Positions 36,221 through 48,495 of a stretch of 64,000 nucleotides of DNA are shown piece by piece. The position numbers were made by a program, and so were the translations under genes. Location: the NCBI GenBank assembly GCA_002269645.1, contig NIVC01001715.1:62001-126000 (forward strand). The letters are read 5' to 3'. Positions within the stretch are counted from its first letter, which is position 1; each line of letters starts with the position of its first letter. Below the pieces are notes generated by a model. That model ran no database searches. It saw only the letters and a list, made by a program, of their open reading frames with translations, and had not been told where the DNA came from. The DNA is from Macrostomum lignano (Eukaryota).

Positions 36221-38334
36221 TGTGACAGGCGCCAATTCGCACCTGCTTAGCCGAGTATAAATAAAGTCCCTCCCACAAGTTTTTTTTAGTTTCTGGTTGA
36301 ACAGCAGCAGATTTACAGCTCTTGATTTAAGTAATCATATTTATTTTTATTCTGTTTGCAATGTCCTTGTGCTTGGTTGAGTTCCATCCACCCCTATCCA
36401 GGTGTATGCTGATATTATTAAATATGAATATTATTCATAATTTTAAGCCATTTCCTGCTTTATAATTTGTACACTGGCCTTTCAATAACTTTTTTATGGT
36501 TATGATCTCTGCTTTTTTTGGATGCGGAGATCATCCATTGTTCGTGTATTGTCGTTTTAATGTGCTTTTTAATAACATTTGGAATGTATTGATTTGTCTT
36601 ATGGAGTGCAAGGTATTAGATGTATTAGACCCACACAGCTTCCCTTATGATATTCAATCAGTTTTTAAGTTTTATTTCTGCTTCGCCGTAGAACACCAGG
36701 GAAGTGTGTTAGCAACAGAAGTTTTTTTCTATACATATCGGTAGTTTTCAGTCAAAGCCCTTCCCTGGAGGGCTAAATCGTTAACGGTGGCGTTGCTTTT
36801 ATATAGAAACTTCGGTTTATTTAGACAGCCTCGTTTCGGTTGCAATTGCTGCAATTTTCAATGCTTCCTGTCTATTGTGTACTGCATAACTGTCTGCTGC
36901 TTTCAGTTCCACGCCATCCCCATTTTGTCACAGGCAACTGCGCAAGATTTCACTGTTTACTCCAACTTGAATATTTCTGCTTTCTAATTGGTAGCTAAAG
37001 ATTCGATATTTGCAGCAGGGCTCTGGGGGTACCATATCGGTAGTGTGGCTGGATAATCAGAACTTATTTTCGATACATGTCGGCAGGCAAATTAGTAACA
37101 AAGTTCAACCCGAAAAAAGCACACATCTTGCAGGTGTTAAATAGAAATCTCAAATCCCACACTGTTTCACTCTTTGTTTGTTCTACTCGCATTCGTATTT
37201 GCTTTTTCTGGTCAGAGTCAGTTTTCTTTTTGAGGTTTTTTTGCTTTGTTAACTCCATTGACCGTTGCATTGCTGCATTGCTATCTCTCTCTGGCTCTCT
37301 CTGTGTTTCTTCCTTCTGTCTGGCAATTTGCGCGTCTGCTTAGGAAATGCGTGTTTGTTATAATAAAACTGGTATGCTTATTGAGCAAGACGCGGGCCAA
37401 TCTAAATTAATATATATTTATTATCAGCTACTCGCGCAGTCTTCTGCATCCCTAAACTGCTGAAACAGCACCGTTAGAAAGCAATGGTTGGAATCAAAAT
37501 TGAAGCAAAGCATGTGTATTATTATTATATACTATTTACTATTATATTAATATTATGCATATACTAATGACTATGAATATTGAATTGTCGGATTATATAA
37601 ATAAATAAATAAGTATATATTCATATATATTACAGAACTAAAGTGAGTTAAACTTTTTGTTCAAATATAAATCTTTATTGTCAGCCGTCAGTCGGTGCAT
37701 ACCAGAGCAGTCGAGCCACAGCACGGCACTAACAGACAGGGGAGACAAAAATCAAAGTGTTATCGATCGACCAAATAATCTGAATTCCCCAATGCTGCCG
37801 CCAACTCTTCCCTACCCAGCAACCCCCCCCCCCTTTGCTGCTTGGCAGCGGCTAGGGAGGTAAGGTCGAGTCTGGGGATTGTAGCACTTGTCCCCAATCT
37901 AGCTTATTAATGTTAGTATACACTGCAGAATTCTATATATATATATAGAATCGTGGGACAATGGCTGCAGCCGAGGTTTCCAACAGTGCATGTAGAGTCG
38001 TAGCAGGGGGTGGGCTGCAGTGTGCAAAGGAGAGAAAGGTAGAGCTGACGATTGTGTGCTCCCAGTGCCCTGGGAGCAGCCAAGATTGTTTGCCCAGAGC
38101 AATGGCGAAGCATATGAGGGGATAAGGATCGATGCGGGGAATTTTTGGTTCACAATTGGAATGCGCTCTCACAGCTGTAAGAATGAATTTTTGAAAGTGC
38201 GTGCAGTGTACGCTGTATAACAATATTGAGCTCTTCTGCGTGGCCGAGAGCAGGGGGGGGGGTTACTCGCAATAATGAGCCGATTTTCAAAATTAAAGCC
38301 GAATTCTTGTGCTGAGTCGAGTCCAGTAGACTAC

Positions 38335-41218
38335 AGGCGATTCTCAGTCAGTAAAGTGAGCATGGATTATGGGCGATTCTGATTCAGCAGAGGGGATTAT
38401 GGGCGATTCTCACCCAGTAGAGTGGATTATTAGCGATTCTCAGTCAGCAGAGGGGGGTATGGGCGATTCTCACCCAGTAGAGTGGAGTATTAGCGATTCT
38501 CAGTCAGCAGAGGGGGTTATGGGCGATTCTCACCCAGTAGAGTGGATTATGGGCGATTCTCAGTCAGCAGAGTGGATCATGGGCGATTCTCAGTCAGCAG
38601 AGTAGATCATGGGCGATTCTCAGTCAGCAGAGTAGATCATGGGCGATTCTCGGTTGGCAGAGTGGATTATGGGCGATTCTCAGTCAGCAGACTGGATCAT
38701 GGGCGATTCTCATTCAGCAGACTGGATCATGGGCGATTCTCAGTCAGCAGACTGGATCATGGGCGATTCTCAGTCAGCAGAATGAATTATGGGCGATTCT
38801 CAGTTGGTAGGTAGAGTAGATTATGGGCGATTCTCAGTTGGTAGGTATAGTAGATTATGGGCGATTCTCAGTTGGTAGGTATAGTAGATTATGGGCGATT
38901 CTCAGTTGGTAGGTATAGTAGATTATGGGCGATTCTCAGTTGGTAGGTATAGTAGATTATGGGCGATTCTCAGTTGGTAGGTATAGTAGATTATGGGCGA
39001 TTCTCAGTTGGTAGGTAGAGTAGATTATGAGTGATTCTGATTCAGCAGAGTGGATCATGGGTGATTCTGATTCAGCAGAGTGGATCATGGGTGATTCTGA
39101 TTCAGTAGAGTGGATCATGGGTGATTCTGATTCAGCAGAGTGGATCATGGGTGATTCTGATTCAGTAGAGTGGATCATGGGTGATTCTGATTCAGTAGAG
39201 TGGATCATGGGTGATTCTGATTCAGTAGAGTGGATCATGGGTGATTCTGATTCAGTAGAGTGGATCATGGGTGATTCTGATTCAGCAGAGTGGATCATGG
39301 GTGATTCTGATTCAGTAGAGTGGATCATGGGTGATTCTGATTCAGCAGAGTGGATCATGGGTGATTCTGATTCAGCAGAGTGGATCATGGGTGATTCTGA
39401 TTCAGCAGAGTGGATCATGGGTGATTCTGATTCAGCAGAGTGGATCATGGGTGATTCTGATTCAGTAGAGTGGATCATGGGTGATTCTGATTCAGCAGAG
39501 TGGATCATGGGTGATTCTGATTCAGCAGAGTGGATCATGGGTGATTCTGATTCAGCAGAGTGGATCATGGGTGATTCTGATTCAGCAGAGTGGATCATGG
39601 GTGATTCTGATTCAGCAGAGTGGATCATGGGTGATTCTGATTCAGCAGAGTGGATCATGGGTGATTCTGATTCAGCAGAGTGGGTCATGGGTGATTCTGA
39701 TTCAGCAGAGTGGATCATGGGTGATTCTGATTCAGCAGAGTGGATCATGGGTGATTCTGATTCAGCAGAGTGGATCATGGGTGATTCTGATTCAGCAGAG
39801 TGGATCATGGGTGATTCTGATTCAGCAGAGTGGGTCATGGGTGATTCTGATTCAGCAGAGTGGATCATGGGTGATTCTGATTCAGCAGAGTGGATCATGG
39901 GTGATTCTGATTCAGCAGAGTGGATCATGGGTGATTCTGATTCAGCAGAGTGGATCATGGGTGATTCTAATTCAGCAGAGTGGATCATGGGTGATTCTGA
40001 TTCAGCAGAGTGGATCATGGGTGATTCTGATTCAGCAGAGTGGATCATGGGTGATTCTGATTCAGCAGAGTGGATCATGGGTGATTCTGATTCAGCAGAG
40101 TGGATCATGGGTGATTCTGATTCAGTAGAGTGGATCATGGGTGATTCTGATTCAGCAGAGTGGATCATGGGTGATTCTGATTCAGCAGAGTGGATCATGG
40201 GTGATTCTGATTCAGCAGAGTGGATCATGGGTGATTCTGATTCAGCAGAGTGGATCATAGGTGATTCTGATTCAGTAGAGTGGATCATGGGTGATTCTGA
40301 TTCAGCAGAGTGGATCATGGGTGATTCTGATTCAGCAGAGTGGATCATGGGTGATTCTGATTCAGCAGAGTGGATCATGGGTGATTCTGATTCAGCAGAG
40401 TGGATCATGGGTGATTCTAATTCAGCAGAGTGGATCATGGGTGATTCTGATTCAGCAGAGTGGATCATGGGTGATTCTGATTCAGCAGAGTGGATCATGG
40501 GTGATTCTGATTCAGCAGAGTGGATCATGGGTGATTCTGATTCAGCAGAGTGGATCATGGGTGATTCTGATTCAGCAGAGTGGATCATGGGTGATTCTGA
40601 TTCAGCAGAGTGGATCATGGGTGATTCTGATTCAGCAGAGTGGATCATGGGTGATTCTGATTCAGCAGAGTGGGTCATGGGTGATTCTGATTCAGCAGAG
40701 TGGATCATGGGTGATTCTGATTCAGCAGAGTGGATCATGGGTGATTCTGATTCAGCAGAGTGGATCATGGGTGATTCTGATTCAGTAGAGTGGATCATGG
40801 GTGATTCTGATTCAGCAGAGTGGATCATGGGTGATTCTGATTCAGCAGAGTGGATCATGGGTGATTCTGATTCAGTAGAGTGGATCATGGGTGATTCTGA
40901 TTCAGCAGAGTGGATCATGGGTGATTCTGATTCAGCAGAGTGGATCATGGGTGATTCTGATTCAGCAGAGTGGATCATGGGTGATTCTGATTCAGCAGAG
41001 TGGATCATGGGTGATTCTGATTCAGCAGAGTGGATCATGGGTGATTCTGATTCAGCAGAGTGGATCATGGGTGATTCTGATTCAGCAGAGTGGATCATGG
41101 GTGATTCTGATTCAGCAGAGTGGATCATGGGTGATTCTGATTCAGCAGAGTGGATCATGGGTGATTCTGATTCAGCAGAGTGGGTCATGGGTGATTCTGA
41201 TTCAGCAGAGTGGATCAC
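38335..41218 (+). repeat. Minisatellite, 30-bp unit GGGYGATTCTGATTCAGCAGAGTGGATCAT, with a diverged left flank and a 33-bp sub-array at 38810-39026
   Basis: Source of the artefactual 736-aa and 753-aa ORFs. Confidence 0.97.
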
Positions 41219-42125
41219 GCTTTCATATCCGGTTTAGGCTACAAGTTGATTAAATGTTGCAGCAACAGACCAAGTCAAATACGGAGATCAATGTTATTTT
41301 GTTGCCAATGTAAACAAGACCAAATTGCTCAGAGTATCAGATTTATTAACAACTCCTGATGTTATAAGTTGTTTCAGATCGACCATGTACTGTACTGAGC
41401 ACAAAAACAATATGAGTTTTAAGGAAGACCAAAGTCACCAAAAAGGTTATTTTTATTAAAAAACAGGTAAGCTAAACAAGACACGGAATGGATTTTGGAA
41501 GCAAAAATACGACAACAAGAAGAAATGTGGAGCAAAAGTCACCACCAGACCAACAGCCAATAAGCATAGGAGTGCGAAAATGCAGTATTGTAAAATTAAA
41601 TATTAATAATACATTCAAAGTGAAACATAGTTCAACTATATACAAATCACGGTGAATAACAAAAACTTAAATTAGTTTAAACATACATGATCTACTACTG
41701 AAGTCTAACAGTAGCTCGAAATGAAGAGAAATTCAAACATAGACAGACATCGGAAAAAATCTATAATTAGAGTTGCTACGAAAATATACGTTCGTATGCG
41801 CAACGCACTACTAACACGAAGAACTCGCATGGGAATTTTACTGTCTAAAAAGCATATTTGAAGTCTCGAACTTGCAGAAATTGTTACTAAGTAGTAAAAA
41901 TAGCGTTTTAATTTATTTTACGAAAAACATTTCAAACCGTCAAGGTTTATATTGTAGTAAATAGACTACTACAGCCTTAAACCTATAATATTGCTAAGCA
42001 ATTTACCAGGGAGTAGTAAAAACAGTGTTTTTAATATTTTATTTGTAGTTTTTTTAAAAAACGCGCAATTCAGTAAGTAGTATAAACAACTTCTTCGTCT
42101 GTTTTTATTAAAGTTTTCTTAAAAT

Positions 42126-42763
42126 TCACGTCTCACGCCGTCTGCCGCCGCCCGACGCTCGACTGGCCGCCGCCAGCTGAGCCTCCGCCTTCTCCGCCCT
42201 CGCCTCGGCGGCGCGCAGCATCTCAGCCAGTCTGGCCTCCTGCGCGTCGCGCATTCGCGCCTCCTCTTCAATCAGTTCAAGCGTAGATTCGAATTTCGCT
42301 CGCAGTTCGCCTTCGCCGCCGTCCTCCAGCTGCTCGCCAGCTTCATCTTCGTAATCCTCGTCTGGATTATTGGCATCGAGTTGGGCGCCAGCTCGCTGTC
42401 TCGAATGGGCGCTGGGATCGCCCAGGGCGCGTTGCATCGAATACAAAATCCTGGCATTCTCAAGCTCCTCCTCCAGCTGGCGGCAGCGGGCGGTCAGGGC
42501 GGCGTTCTCCTCCACCAGCTGGTCGCTGGCCGCGCCGTTCTCGTAGGAATCGGCAACGAAATCTTCGTTCTCGTAGACGTCCTGCTGCTGTTGTTGGTTT
42601 CGACGCTGTCGCTGCTGCTGCTGTTGAATGATTTCGCCAGCGTCGGCAGCTTCCAGCCTGGCTAGAAGACCGTCCACATCGTCGCCAACTTGTTGGACGT
42701 CGTCGTCCATCTCGCCGACATTTCGATAGGCGGCCGGCCAAGGCTCAGCGTCGGCTTCGGTGC
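42126..42763 (-). CDS. MIPOL1: MIPOL1-like exon 2
   Basis: Acceptor CTTCACCCAG; in frame with track ORF 42126..42710; TGA at 42126-42128. Confidence 0.8.
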
Positions 42764-43936
42764 CTGGGTGAAGAGATTTATAATGATAGAATTGCAGATG
42801 TTGCTACTTGTGAGTAGTTCAATTAGAGTGAGAAGAAGTATGATTCCCCAATTATAAATTCAATAGTTGGCTCTTGGATCTGGCTGAAGTTTACGATCAA
42901 CGTATTAAGCTGAAATTCTAGTTGGATTCCAACTCTCTCTTTTCAATCTCCGCCCTCTACCCCTCTCTCCTCCCTCTACCCCTCTCTCCTCCCTCTACCC
43001 CTCTCTCCTCCCTCTACCCCTCTCTCCTCCCTCTACCCCTCTCTCCTCCCTCTACCCCTCTCTCCTCCCTCTACCCCTCTCTCCTCCCTCTACCCCTCAC
43101 TACTCCTCTCTCCTCCCTCTACCCCTCTCTACTCCCTCTACCCCTCTCTACTCCTCTCTCCTCCCTCTACCCCTCTCTCCTCCCTCTACCCCTCTCTCCT
43201 CCCTCTACCCCTCACTACTCCTCTCTCCTCCCTCTACCTCTCTACTCCCTCTACCCCTCTCTCCTCCCTCTACCCCTCTCTCCTCCCTTTAGCCTTCTCT
43301 CCTCCCTCTACCCCTCTCTCCACCCTTTAAACCCTTTTCAATTCGTAACCCATCTCTGCACAAGACCCAGAAGATTACGCTCGTAGAACTATACAGATCA
43401 ATAATTATTGCTTTACCAGCGGCCAGAGCCTCGGCCCGTTCCAGCGCCAGATTTCGCTCGGTGTTGGCCAGTCGGATTCGTTGCACAGCTGCCTCATCCC
43501 GAGTCCGCTGGTCTCGCTGGAGACTCTCCACCAAGTCGTAGGCCCGACTGGTCGCCAGAGCTTCGGCTTCGACGCGTTGAGAATCGAGCTCGCGACGTAG
43601 ACGCTCGTTGTCGGCTTCGAGCACGGCGACACGGCGACGCAGATTAGCGATGTCGGCGTTGGCCGATTCCAGTTCGGAAAGCAGGGTGGCCACGCCAGCT
43701 GAGTGACCCGGATGCTGGCTGGCTGGAGCTGCAGCTGATGCCTGCGGCGATGGAGTCGCGGTGGCAGCTGGATAGCGACTGTGCGAAGCTGCTCCGAGTC
43801 GGTCAGCCAGCTGATCATTCACATCGGCCGTGTTGTACATGTCTACTAGGAGCACAGAGCCGTCTCTGTCAGCGGCTGAGCTGTAACCGCCGTCAGCTGC
43901 TGGTCGATGATGGCGCCTGTCTGTTGCGGAGGCCAT
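42126..43936 (-). CDS. MIPOL1: MIPOL1-like coiled-coil protein. complement(join(43936..43417,42763..42126)), about 385 aa
   Basis: RDEAAVQRIRLANTERNLAL, LLARLEAADAGEIIQ, LEEELENARILYSMQRAL and KFESTL resemble recalled vertebrate MIPOL1 blocks (ERDEAVMSRLQLA, LLNRINNADTGIAIQ, LEEEIQTLRVYYSLHKSL). Intron G|GTAAAG...CCCAG is phase 1. First ATG is 43936 (the track starts at a TTG). Confidence 0.75.
42955..43325 (+). repeat. Polypyrimidine minisatellite, ~20-bp unit CTCTCTCCTCCCTCTACCCC
   Basis: Inside the MIPOL1-like intron. Confidence 0.93.
43417..43936 (-). CDS. MIPOL1: MIPOL1-like exon 1
   Basis: GC-rich open frame ending at donor GCT G|GTAAAG. Confidence 0.8.
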
Positions 43937-43951
43937 CAAGCAATGGCGGAC

Positions 43952-44862
43952 AGGTGAAGAGGCTGGCTGCTCAGCTTGAGGATCAGGTGAGGAGAGTGGC
44001 TGCTCAGATTGAGGATCAGGTGAGGAGAGTGGCTGCTCAGCTTGAGGATCAGGTGAGGAGAGTGGCTGCTCAGCTTGAGGATCAGGTGAGGAGAGTGGCT
44101 GCTCAGCTTGAGGATCAGGTGAGGAGAGTGGCTGGCTGCTCAGCTTGGGGATCAGGTGAGGAGAGTGGCTGGCTGCTCAGCTTGAGGATCAGGTGAGGAG
44201 AGTGGCTGGCTGCTCAGCTTGAGGATCAGGTGAGGAGAGTGGCTGGCTGCTCAGCTTGAGGATCAGGTGAGGAGAGTGGCTGGCTGCTCAGCTTGAGGAT
44301 CAGGTGAGGAGAGTGGCTGGCTGCTCAGCTTGGGGATCAGGTGAGGAGAGTGGCTGGCTGCTCAGCTTGGGGATCAGGTGAGGAGAGTGGCTGGCTGCTC
44401 AGCTTGAGGATCAGGTGAGGAGAGTGGCTGGCTGCTCAGCTTGAGGATCAGGTGAGGAGAGTGGCTGGCTGCTCAGCTTGGGGATCAGGTGAGGAGAGTG
44501 GCTGGCTGCTCAGCTTGAGGATCAGGTGAGGAGAGTGGCTGGCTGCTCAGCTTGAGGATCAGGTGAGGAGAGTGGCTGGCTGCTCAGCTTGAGGATCAGG
44601 TGAGGAGAGTGGCTGGCTGCTCAGCTTGAGGATCAGGTGAGGAGAGTGGCTGGCTGCTCAGCTTGGGGATCAGGTGAGGAGAGTGGCTGGCTGCTCAGCT
44701 TGAGGATCAGGTGAGGAGAGTGGCTGGCTGCTCAGCTTGAGGATCAGGTGAGGAGAGTGGCTGGCTGCTCAGCTTGAGGATCAGGTGAGGAGAGTGGCTG
44801 CTCAGCTTGAGGATCAGGTGAGGAGAGTGGCTGGCTGCTCAGCTTGGGGATCAGGTGAGGAA
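43952..44862 (+). repeat. Minisatellite, 33/37-bp unit GCTCAGCTTGAGGATCAGGTGAGGAGAGTG(GCTG)GCT
   Basis: Immediately 5' of the MIPOL1-like ATG. Confidence 0.96.
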
Positions 44863-46084
44863 TTCGATAAAAAATTAGAAGAGGCATTATCCTAAAATGG
44901 AAACAATATTAAACACAGTGAAGGTGTATTTATATTTAATATTTTGATTACAAATATTTTCAATATTAAACAATTCACAAAGCACAGAGCAAAGGTTAGT
45001 ATAGGGAAAAAATGGCGGAAAGATTGAAAAGGTCAAATAATTTTTTATTATGAAGGGTTATTAAAGTGAATAAACTAATCTCGAAAAAATAAAGAAATAA
45101 ATAAAGTATGTGGGCTGATTTCTTAATTACCAATACTAAAATCAATCTAGCAAATATTTTCAAAGAAATGAAGTGCACGGAATGAATGATTTTTATAAGT
45201 AGTGACGCAAATTAATAAAAGTTAAACAGGTCTGATAAAACAAACTAACTGCGAATATTCTAAAGTTTAAAAAAATGGCAATAATTTTTATTGCACCCAA
45301 CTGAAGAAACACATCAGAACTGACAAAGGTTAAGTGCGATCTGTAGGCAAGGCTGTTAAAAATTGAGTTAATCAATAATTTTTATAAACGTGAAAGGAAT
45401 GAAACATATTACTATCTTTGTTACTATAAGTAGTAAGAAAAGGATAGACAATAATTTGATTACAGAGTGGACACTGAAAATTAGGAAAGAGCTAGATTTT
45501 AAACAGAAGTTAGCAGAAAATAAAACACACATGCGCGCAGACGAGGCTGCTTACTAACAGTAGTAAGATTTAGTACGTCTGGAAAGTATGTTAAACACTT
45601 GCTACAAAAATAGGTTAATAAGTAACAAATTCTAAAGGGTTTTAAAATATTTCTTCACTGCTAATCTAAAGTAGGTGCAGACACAGCAGAACGGTGAAAA
45701 ATGATTCTGATAAGCTCACAACATTTTGTTAGGAATAGTTAAGGAAAGAAGTTATTTGTGTATATAATACCTGCAAAGGTAGAATTGAGAGTAAAAAGCA
45801 ATTAAAAGTTTTGCGTCCTATGCTAGCAACAGATAGAGCAGAGTACAAAAAGAAAAAAAATCACACCATTTATTGGATGGGGTCACTTGACCACCCCGTT
45901 GGATCTGCCATTGTAAGCAACACAAGTTTGCCCGAGGTCTTCTGAATGATTTCTGTTACATTTTCAAGGCCTAGAGTTTCAGCTGTCAACGCAAACAACA
46001 AACACACGACTTGTCTAGCCTACTTGCGCAGTAGTATAATTAGCATCACATAAATAGACTTTAGTTTGTCTAACATATCTTAGA

Positions 46085-46936
46085 CTACCGCCTAGTTAAT
46101 CTCAGCATCAATGGCAGGTGCAAATCCGGTACAAACGATGCCGACTGCTCAGCAGACGCTGTCTGGCTGACCCTGGGGTCGTAATTATCCGACACGCCGA
46201 CATCAAAGCCTGCCGCCTCGGCTAGGCGCGCGAAATCTTCTACGCTTCGGCCTCGACTGGGCGCGCAGATCAAAGCGAGGCCGCCTCTATGTTTATTACT
46301 GCCAGTAGCGGCTGGCGTCGGCAACATCAAAAGCTTATCTAAGGTTCTTATCAGCGCCCGATGCGACTCACGAAAGAATAGGCAATCGGCGCATAAAACC
46401 AGGTGAAAACGACCGTAATTATGCTTATCAAAGTCGGCATCCTCCCAAGCTAGCTGGGCCACCCTGGCCTCAATTCGACTTGTTTGATCCTCGCCGCCAG
46501 TTAAAATTTGCCTATTAGCTGTTAAACACCTGGCCGCATTCTCGCATGCTAATTGATCGCCGTCAGTTAGCAGCAGGTGGCTGAGCCTTGGCCGCAGAGC
46601 TGCACCCGCGGCTAGGCCAGCCAGACAGGTGAGACCGCCGCCCAATTCGCAAACTCTGATGCCGCTATCGCCATCGAACTCTTTAGGAATCAGTTCGCCT
46701 GCTTTAGCCTGGGCGATCACATAGTGGGCTAGGACCTCTTCGCTAGGCCAGACACAAATATTTCCGGTGTTATTTCCATTGCCGCTTTGGTTACTGCCTA
46801 TAATACTACTATTAGTAGTCTTGCTGTTGTTATTGCCGTCACCGAGAGCTGCGGGTGTCAGGCAAGCTGTCGCCGGGACGCGCTGTCGCAGGTACAATTG
46901 TAGCCTGATTTCTGGATGATCCACGTGCTGCCACGT
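46085..46936 (-). CDS. CAMKMT: CAMKMT exon 2 (methyltransferase domain)
   Basis: Acceptor TTCTGCAG|ACG TGG CAG; family-16 methyltransferase motifs; stop at 46085. Confidence 0.93.
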   Translation of the reverse strand, partial: TWQHVDHPEIRLQLYLRQRVPATACLTPAALGDGNNNSKTTNSSIIGSNQSGNGNNTGNICVWPSEEVLAHYVIAQAKAGELIPKEFDGDSGIRVCELGGGLTCLAGLAAGAALRPRLSHLLLTDGDQLACENAARCLTANRQILTGGEDQTSRIEARVAQLAWEDADFDKHNYGRFHLVLCADCLFFRESHRALIRTLDKLLMLPTPAATGSNKHRGGLALICAPSRGRSVEDFARLAEAAGFDVGVSDNYDPRVSQTASAEQSASFVPDLHLPLMLRLTRR

Positions 46937-47356
46937 CTGCAGAATGGCATTTAAGAGTGGCGAGGGCAGGTGTTAGAAAATGTCAGAGTGAGGAGTGGCT
47001 GCTCAGCTTGAGGATCAGGTGAGGAGAGTGGCTGCTCAGCTTGAGGATCAGGTGAGGAGAGTGGCTGGCTGCCCAGCTCGAGGATCAGGTGTAAACACTG
47101 GAATAAAGAAGCTCATAACGAGAGCATGTATCCCCACCTGTTCAAGGAATTCATCAGCGCTGCGAGCTCCAGCCGCTTCAGTAATGTCAAACAGACCAAA
47201 CTGACAGAACTGGCGCACAGTGGTCAGCGAGTTGAGCTCCTTGACGCTGACAGACTTGCCCTGGCCGTAGCTGGCTACAGCTCGCGACAGCAGACGCCAA
47301 CGCTGGCGAGCTACCGTCGAAGAAGCGACACCATCAGTTGCCGCTTCGCCGTTCAT
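46085..47356 (-). CDS. CAMKMT: Calmodulin-lysine N-methyltransferase. complement(join(47356..47138,46936..46085)), 356 aa
   Basis: ARQRWRLL; NTGNICVWPSEEVLAHY; SAM motif VCELGGGLTCLAG; LTDGD; ILCADCLFF-like LCADCLFF; APSRG. 201-bp GT-AG intron. Confidence 0.93.
46987..47092 (+). repeat. About 3 units of the same 33/37-bp minisatellite inside the CAMKMT intron
   Basis: Unit matches the array at 43952-44862. Confidence 0.9.
47138..47356 (-). CDS. CAMKMT: CAMKMT exon 1
   Basis: ATG at 47356; donor CAG|GTGGGG. Confidence 0.85.
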
Positions 47357-47754
47357 TTACTCTTCTTCTCAGGTGTTAATAAACGCACGCAGATGCCAGC
47401 TTTTTCGACTTATCTAGCTTGATCTGCCACTTTTTGCCGGAAATTGAGTGCAGCTGCCAACTGCCTTGGTTGGCTGTGGGAGATTAATTTGAAGAGTCGA
47501 TTGAGTTTACGGCCTATGATGGCAGGTTTCGATGCTAGAATTGTACAGCTTGGATTATGATCAGTGCTTGTACCTGCTGTAATACTTGTATAATTATTGC
47601 AAAAACCTGTTGTTTTTTATTTTAAATAGGATTAAACGATGTAATATTAATACTGCGATTACATATTGTACTACTATTTCTGTGAGCACATATTTACTAC
47701 GATTTACGTGGGTGCATTTTGTACTATTATTACTGCTAGTACATATTCTACAAT

Positions 47755-48495
47755 TATTACTGCGAGTACATACTGTACTATTAATACTGCGAGTACATAC
47801 TGTACTATTAATACTGCGAGTACATACTGTACTATTAATACTGCGAGTACATACTGTACTATTAATACTGCGAGTACATACTGTACTATTAATACTGCGA
47901 GTACATACTGTACTATTAATACTGCGAGTACATACTGTACTATTAATACTGCGAGTACATACCGTACTATTAATACTGCGAGTACATACTGTACTATTAA
48001 TACTGCGAGTACATACTGTACTATTAATACTGCGAGTACATACCGTACTATTAATACTGCGAGTACATACTGTACTATTAATACTGCGAGTACATACTGT
48101 ACTATTAATACTGCGAGTACATACCGTACTATTAATACTGCGAGTACATACCGTACTATTAATACTGCGAGTACATACTGTACTATTAATACTGCGAGTA
48201 CATACCGTACTATTAATACTGCGAGTACATACTGTACTATTAATACTGCGAGTACATACTGTACTATTAATACTAATAGTACATACCGTACTATTACTCG
48301 TAATACTGCGAGTACATACTGTACTATTAATACTGCGAGTGCATGCTGTACTATTAATACTGCGAGTACATACTGTACTATTAATACTGCGAGTACATAC
48401 TGTACTATTAATACTAATAGTACATACCGTACTATTACTCGTAATACTGCGAGTACATACTGTACTATTAATACTGCGAGTGCATGCTGTACTAG
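47755..48495 (+). repeat. Minisatellite, 27-bp quasi-palindromic unit AATACTGCGAGTACATACTGTACTATT
   Basis: Tandem units about 400 bp upstream of the CAMKMT ATG. Confidence 0.96.

Noticed and set aside
38957-41237. 736-aa and 753-aa ORFs on opposite strands (MGDSDSAEWI / MIHSAESESP)
   Set aside because: 30-bp array open on both strands, with no unique coding flank and no excess of synonymous variants evident.
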